Below, in pieces: positions 60,101 through 64,000 of a stretch of 64,000 nucleotides of DNA. The position numbers and the translations under genes are program-made. Positions within the stretch are counted from its first letter, which is position 1; each line of letters begins with the position of its first letter. A model generated the notes under the pieces. The model was not told where the DNA came from. It did not search any database and worked only from the letters and a program-made list of their open reading frames with translations. Source of the stretch: Chrysomallon squamiferum. Taxonomy: Eukaryota > Animalia > Mollusca. The stretch lies in assembly GCA_012295275.1 (NCBI GenBank), contig CM022665.1:44454001-44518000 (forward strand). Reading direction: 5' to 3'.

Positions 60101-61863
60101 ACAGTCTGTTGTTGTAACACAATTTAACCTGTGTTTATTTTTATTAAAATTGTTTCTAAATTTAAATTATTATTATTTTTTTTAATTATTGAAATTGAAA
60201 TTTATTATTATTATTATTATTTTTAATTTGTGAGCTTTCAAAACAGTCTATTGTTTTAACATAATTTAACCTGTGTTTATTTTTATTAAAACTGTTTCTA
60301 AATTTAAAATATTATTTATTGTTTTAATTTTTAAAAAACTGAATTTTTTAATTATTTTAACCTTTTTTTTTTTTTAAAAAAACAACTAAAATTTCTTTTA
60401 TTATTATTATTTTTTTTAATCATTGTGCTTTCAAAACAGTCTATTGTTTTAACATAATTTAACCTGTGTTTATTTTTATCTGTTATTATGTAAAAAAAAA
60501 AAAAAATTACTATTTCCAGGGCCTAGATTTGCAGTGTACTGTGTCAACCATCTGCTGTTGCCGATGCTGCAGTCGTGGTTACGTCAGAGGCTCTCGCATA
60601 CATCGATACTGGGATTCGGGAGCTGTCAACTTCAAGCAGTGCTGTGGACACATGTCAGATCTGGTCGTAGACTTCATTACACAGTTTAAAGGTATTTTGA
60701 ATATCAGTAGTTTTCACTGAAAAATAAAGATTTTAAAAAAATGGTATAAATGGTCACTGCTCTGTTCTCCCACCCAAAAAATTATGGAATGGAATTATTT
60801 ATCTTCTAGTGTGTTTTTAATTTTCATAAAATATTGTTATTGGGGTTAGACTTCATTACACAGTTTAAAGGTATTTTGGATATCAGTAGTTTTCACTGAA
60901 ATAGAAAAAAATAAAGATTTAAAAAATGGTATAAATGGTCACTGTTCCCACCCAAAAAATTTATCTTTGTGTTTTTAGCTTTCATAAAATATTGTTATTG
61001 GTTAAACATATTATTATTATTATTTTTTTTTTTTAAATATTACTGTTTATTTGTTTGTGTAGAATAGGAAATAGCTCACAAGGAAATAAAAACTAAAATG
61101 ATTAATATAAAAAAAAAATTGTTATTTAAATTTAAAATTAAAACAAATTTGTTATTATTTATAGCATCTATACTGAATTACAGCCATCAAGATATAAATG
61201 TTTTTGCTTACCAAAGGATAATGAAATATATTTATGTCTAATTTATAAATTGTTATATACCAGATCATATTAATTTTCTACATTTAGGTTTAGTACATGG
61301 AAATAGATTTTCTTTTCTTAAAGAAATCTCCTGAATATTTTCTTTTCCTTATCCCTTTTCCGTTTTCAAATTTTTTAGTGTGTGTGTGTGTGTGTGTGTT
61401 TTTTATTTTATTATTTTTTTACTTAATGGATTTTTTATTTTTTAATGAATAATATATTTTTTTTTGTTTCATTCTTATTCTAGGTGCTGCAGAAGAGCAG
61501 GTCTACTTGGAGCTGATGTTAAAACAGTCGCTGGACATGATGATAGAGTGCATAGCTCAGCCAGTAGAACATATCTCTAGACTTGGCTGTTCTTGTATCA
61601 GGTTTATATCTAAACAAATATCAGTTATCATTATTTTATTTTATATTTGTTATTATTAAATATTATTACTGAAGATCAAACTGATCTGCCTTTAAGAGTG
61701 GTTTATTTTGTATCTGTTAAATACAGTTTTTTCTTTAATTTTCATTGGTTATTTTATGTTGTTAGTATTATTCGGATATTCCGACCAAATCTGGTTTCAA
61801 ACTTGACAAGTAAATGGTTTGGTACCTGTATTATTATTTACTATTTATTATTGTAAAATATTT

Positions 61864-61896
<33 letters not shown>

Positions 61897-62932
61897 TATT
61901 ATATATTTGTTTATTTATTATTACCTTATTATTATTATTATTTTTATTGTTATTATTAATTTTTTTCTTCTGTTTTACATTCTGAAATAAAATATAGTTT
62001 TAAAAAATGAATATAAATGATCAAAATTATTATAAAATATATGAAATGTATGTGGATTGGGTTTTTTGGTTTTTTTGTCTTTTAATTTTTAATTTTAAAA
62101 ACTAACTAAAAGTTTTTTTTTTTTTTGAAAAGTTATATTTCTTATAAATCATATTACAAAAAAAAAATAAAATACATAACATTTCCATTAATAATAACAA
62201 ATCTTTTGAGCAACACGTTTTGTTTTAAATTATAGAAAAATTATCACAGCATATTTTTTAAAATAAAAATATTTTGAATTTAACATCATTTTCAACTCGT
62301 TATTTTAACAGACACGTTCTTCTAAGTGCTGGTCCCGGGTTTTCTGAGCCGATGTGGCAGATAAGTGGCAAAGCTCTCCAGCGAGCAATGGACGCAACCA
62401 CATTCAGTCTGCGGCAGCTGATGACGCTGTTCCACGTCAACTCCGACAACTTCTACGGCGACATTGGGCAAGTGAAAGTGGCCACGAGAAAGGGCTGTAC
62501 GATTATGGAATGTCTCAGACTGCGACAGCTTGCTCAACAGGTAGAGAAATTAAAGTGAAGTTTAGATATGGAAGTGTTCTCAACACTGAATTAGTTAGTT
62601 TTTAATAATGAAGTTTAAATGGAATGCAGGAAATGATTTTGTGGATGTTGTTAAATTATTTTAATTGAAATTTTTATTATTTTAGCTGAAATTCTGTGTA
62701 ACAGAGAAATAAATTAAATTTTTTTTTTTTTTTAATTTCAGACTCTACAGTAGTATTATTTTAGTATTAAATTGTATCTGCTGCTTTATAATAATAATAA
62801 CAATAACAACAACAATAATAATAATTATTATTATTATTATTATTATTAAAATTTATTGTTATTTATTATTTATTATTATTATTATTATTGTTGTCATTGT
62901 TATTGTTATTGTTATTACTATTAGTATTGTTG

Positions 62933-62987
<55 letters not shown>

Positions 62988-63927
62988 GTTCCACAGATTC
63001 TGTTTTAGACAACAAACCCCCCCCCACCAAAACAAACTAAAACATATCTTTGATATAAAACAGAACTTCAAATGATCTTGGAAAGTATTTAAAATACCTG
63101 TTTCGAAAACTTTTTTTTTTTTTTACAAACAACCTGTCTTTGTCTAATTGTTTCTGCTTATTACAGGTGTTTTTATTGGAAAACCAGGTGTCCAGTATGC
63201 CTCAGGTACAGTTTGACTTGGAGGAAGGACAGTCTTATGTGTTTCTGTTATACCCTCAAAACCACAAAGACAGCCTAAACCCAGACCACATAGTAACAAG
63301 GTAGAGTGGAGTTATTCTAACGTGGTTCTTACAAAAAGAGCCTAAATTCAGATAATTAAATTATAGATGTAACAACTATAATAATTAAAAAAAAAAAAAA
63401 TATTAAAAATTAAAAATATATTTTCAGTTTAAATTCAGTGATTATGGAAACTTTCCAGTGACAAATATTTTGAATGTATTTGTCCAGGGTTTTCGTTTTA
63501 GCAGATAATGTGAATTTAAATTGATTATAGTAATGGTTTAGTTGTATTTTTCAATATGCAAATATTTTGGTGTGTTGATGAAAGAGGATTTACTTTTATA
63601 TCTTTTTTCTTTCTTTCTTTCAAAAACATATATAAGTATTTATCTGAAACAGTCATAAACCTGTGTAACAAATAATTACTTTTTCATAGGATTCTGTTTA
63701 AAAATATAATGATAGGCATCTTATATAGGGAAAGAGCATTTTCTTTTTACTTGTTATATTTTATTATTATTATTATTTATTATTTATTTTTTATTTTTTT
63801 TAACAAACATGAAGCTACTAGTATTTTAAAAATAAATACTTCTTTGCAAGATTCTGTTTAAGAACATAGTGATAGGCATGTTGTCCCATCAGTTTCTTAC
63901 ATTTACTTGTATATACTTTTTTATATA

Positions 63928-63958
<31 letters not shown>

Positions 63959-64000
63959 GTGAAGCTACTAGCATTTAAAAAATAAGTACTTCTTTGCAGG
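34918..64000 (+). CDS. ARFGEF3: Brefeldin A-inhibited guanine nucleotide-exchange protein 3 (BIG3/KIAA1244) orthologue, 5' part: 29 exons, ~1695 aa, continues beyond the window
   Basis: Spliced translation follows recalled human BIG3 throughout: MEDVLKKL..., [89 protein letters not shown]...NFK. GT-AG introns, phases consistent except for one extra base in exon 26. Confidence 0.95.
35241..35374 (+). CDS. ARFGEF3 exon 2
   Basis: [44 protein letters not shown]. Confidence 0.93.
35346..35642. repeat. Perfect 147-bp tandem duplication spanning the exon 2 donor
   Basis: 35346-35492 is identical to 35493-35639. Confidence 0.95.
35844..35978 (+). CDS. ARFGEF3 exon 3
   Basis: [45 protein letters not shown]. 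Confidence 0.93.
36322..36390 (+). CDS. ARFGEF3 exon 4
   Basis: [23 protein letters not shown]. Confidence 0.9.
37713..37817 (+). CDS. Putative alternative ARFGEF3 exon 5a
   Basis: TTTGCAG|105 nt open, phase 0-0|GTAAAA. Encodes [35 protein letters not shown], similar in pattern to exon 5b. Confidence 0.6.
38359..38475 (+). CDS. ARFGEF3 exon 5 (5b)
   Basis: [39 protein letters not shown], donor GTAAGA (alternative GT 3 nt upstream). Confidence 0.92.
41532..41574 (+). CDS. ARFGEF3 exon 6
   Basis: [14 protein letters not shown]. Needed to bridge phase 0 to phase 1. Confidence 0.85.
41782..41869 (+). CDS. ARFGEF3 exon 7
   Basis: [28 protein letters not shown]. Confidence 0.9.
42407..42517 (+). 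CDS. ARFGEF3 exon 8
   Basis: [37 protein letters not shown]. Confidence 0.9.
43092..43250 (+). CDS. ARFGEF3 exon 9
   Basis: [15 protein letters not shown]...[22 protein letters not shown]. Confidence 0.93.
43754..43886 (+). CDS. ARFGEF3 exon 10
   Basis: [44 protein letters not shown]. Confidence 0.95.
44350..44456 (+). CDS. ARFGEF3 exon 11
   Basis: [35 protein letters not shown]. Confidence 0.92.
44430..44682. repeat. ~88-bp tandem triplication spanning the exon 11 donor
   Basis: TTTGACAGACATTTCACT starts at 44430, 44518 and 44606. Confidence 0.9.
45180..45352 (+). CDS. ARFGEF3 exon 12
   Basis: [38 protein letters not shown]... Confidence 0.9.
46006..46512 (+). CDS. ARFGEF3 exon 13 (acidic linker and start of the Sec7-like region)
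   Basis: ...[41 protein letters not shown]. Confidence 0.93.
46786..47003. repeat. (TTA/TCA)n microsatellite
   Basis: Direct. Confidence 0.9.
47119..47300 (+). CDS. ARFGEF3 exon 14
   Basis: ...[29 protein letters not shown]... Confidence 0.92.
47926..48082 (+). CDS. ARFGEF3 exon 15
   Basis: [52 protein letters not shown]. Confidence 0.93.
48340..49600. repeat. Degenerate intronic tandem repeat, ~200-210-bp units
   Basis: AACAGTAATATAAC.TTTTTCTTTCTTTTTATGACA..TACAGATAT recurs (clearest at ~49000, 49210, 49420; older copies at ~48350, 48520, 48820). Confidence 0.85.
49630..49737 (+). CDS. ARFGEF3 exon 16
   Basis: [36 protein letters not shown]. Confidence 0.92.
50310..50528 (+). CDS. ARFGEF3 exon 17
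   Basis: [31 protein letters not shown]...[20 protein letters not shown]. Confidence 0.93.
51123..51360 (+). CDS. ARFGEF3 exon 18
   Basis: [19 protein letters not shown]...[33 protein letters not shown]. Confidence 0.95.
52057..52173 (+). CDS. ARFGEF3 exon 19
   Basis: [38 protein letters not shown]. Confidence 0.92.
52656..52838 (+). CDS. ARFGEF3 exon 20
   Basis: ...[23 protein letters not shown]. Confidence 0.92.
53325..53522. repeat. ~45-50-bp degenerate tandem repeat upstream of exon 21
   Basis: GATCTGCATAAATA...CATCATATTTTT x4-5. Confidence 0.8.
53549..53810 (+). CDS. ARFGEF3 exon 21
   Basis: [21 protein letters not shown]...[36 protein letters not shown]. Confidence 0.95.
53970..54425. 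repeat. ~55-60-bp AT-rich minisatellite filling intron 21 up to the acceptor
   Basis: ATCATTATTCTTTTTAGAAAAAAGAAAATCTAATTTTTAATACTAACTTTATT, about 8 copies. Confidence 0.85.
54434..54613 (+). CDS. ARFGEF3 exon 22
   Basis: [60 protein letters not shown]. Confidence 0.95.
55020..55430. repeat. (TTTA)n tract abutting the exon 23 acceptor
   Basis: Direct. Confidence 0.9.
55441..55693 (+). CDS. ARFGEF3 exon 23
   Basis: [29 protein letters not shown]...[20 protein letters not shown]. Confidence 0.95.
57236..57640. repeat. ~113-127-bp tandem repeat x3-4 spanning the exon 24 acceptor
   Basis: Acceptor-like junctions at 57255, 57382, 57507, with the true one at 57620. Confidence 0.85.
57621..57795 (+). 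CDS. ARFGEF3 exon 24
   Basis: ...[34 protein letters not shown]. Confidence 0.93.
57776..58251. repeat. ~43-bp minisatellite x11 whose first unit spans the exon 24 donor
   Basis: ATATTTAAAGGAGCTCATAG|GTAGGAGGTGTTTTCTTGGATTTG and 10 variants. Confidence 0.95.
58373..58872 (+). CDS. ARFGEF3 exon 25
   Basis: ...[48 protein letters not shown]. Confidence 0.93.
58873..59926. repeat. 30/34-bp minisatellite, roughly 33 units, starting at the first intron base after exon 25
   Basis: Unit AGAGCAGTTTGTGG(CTGG)TTTATGTTTRTGTCTC. Confidence 0.97.
60093..60478. repeat. Three intronic copies of a ~50-bp core
   Basis: CTTTCAAAACAGTCT.TTGTT.TAACA.AATTTAACCTGTGTTTATTTTTAT at ~60093, 60235, 60428. Confidence 0.85.
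60520..60691 (+). CDS. ARFGEF3 exon 26 (contains an apparent +1 frameshift near 60585)
   Basis: [22 protein letters not shown] in one frame, [35 protein letters not shown] in the next. 172 nt between two phase-1 introns. Confidence 0.9.
60668..61001. repeat. ~179-bp tandem duplication spanning the exon 26 donor
   Basis: TAGACTTCATTACACAGTTTAAAG|GTATTTTG at 60668 and 60847. Confidence 0.92.
61484..61601 (+). CDS. ARFGEF3 exon 27
   Basis: [39 protein letters not shown]. Confidence 0.95.
62312..62540 (+). CDS. ARFGEF3 exon 28
   Basis: [16 protein letters not shown]...[18 protein letters not shown]...[10 protein letters not shown]. Confidence 0.95.
63167..63300 (+). CDS. ARFGEF3 exon 29
   Basis: [44 protein letters not shown]. 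Confidence 0.92.
63670..64000. repeat. ~150-160-bp tandem repeat carrying copies of the inferred exon 30 acceptor and exon start
   Basis: GATTCTGTTTAA.AA.ATA.TGATAGGCAT at 63690 and 63850. The upstream flank GAAGCTACTAG..ATTT..TACTTCTTTGCA repeats and ends TTTGCAG|G at 64000. Confidence 0.85.

Noticed and set aside
34918-64000. ARFGEF3 as a pseudogene
   Set aside because: Only one lesion in ~5.1 kb of coding sequence, with intact splice sites and conserved residues on both sides.

Overview
AT-rich, microsatellite-dense animal genomic DNA, probably from a mollusc (inferred from degenerate SINE-like remnants). The first ~21 kb has no recognisable coding exons, only simple repeats, SINE and MITE remnants and scattered promoter-like motifs. 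Two intron-rich genes follow on the + strand. (1) A complete ERM-family gene (moesin/ezrin/radixin-like): candidate non-coding first exon at ~21.2-21.36 kb, 14 coding exons at 23294-29736, ~593 aa, ~2.5 kb 3'UTR. (2) The first 29 coding exons (~1695 aa) of an ARFGEF3/BIG3 orthologue, from 34918 past the window end. Main observations: at least ten tandem duplications or minisatellites in ARFGEF3 straddle or abut splice sites, and several duplicate splice sites have lost their GT or AG; a hidden in-frame exon at 37713-37817 looks like a diverged, possibly mutually exclusive partner of exon 5; and an apparent +1 frameshift lies near 60585. All exons were read and phase-checked by hand. Homology calls come from recalled protein sequences, not database searches.
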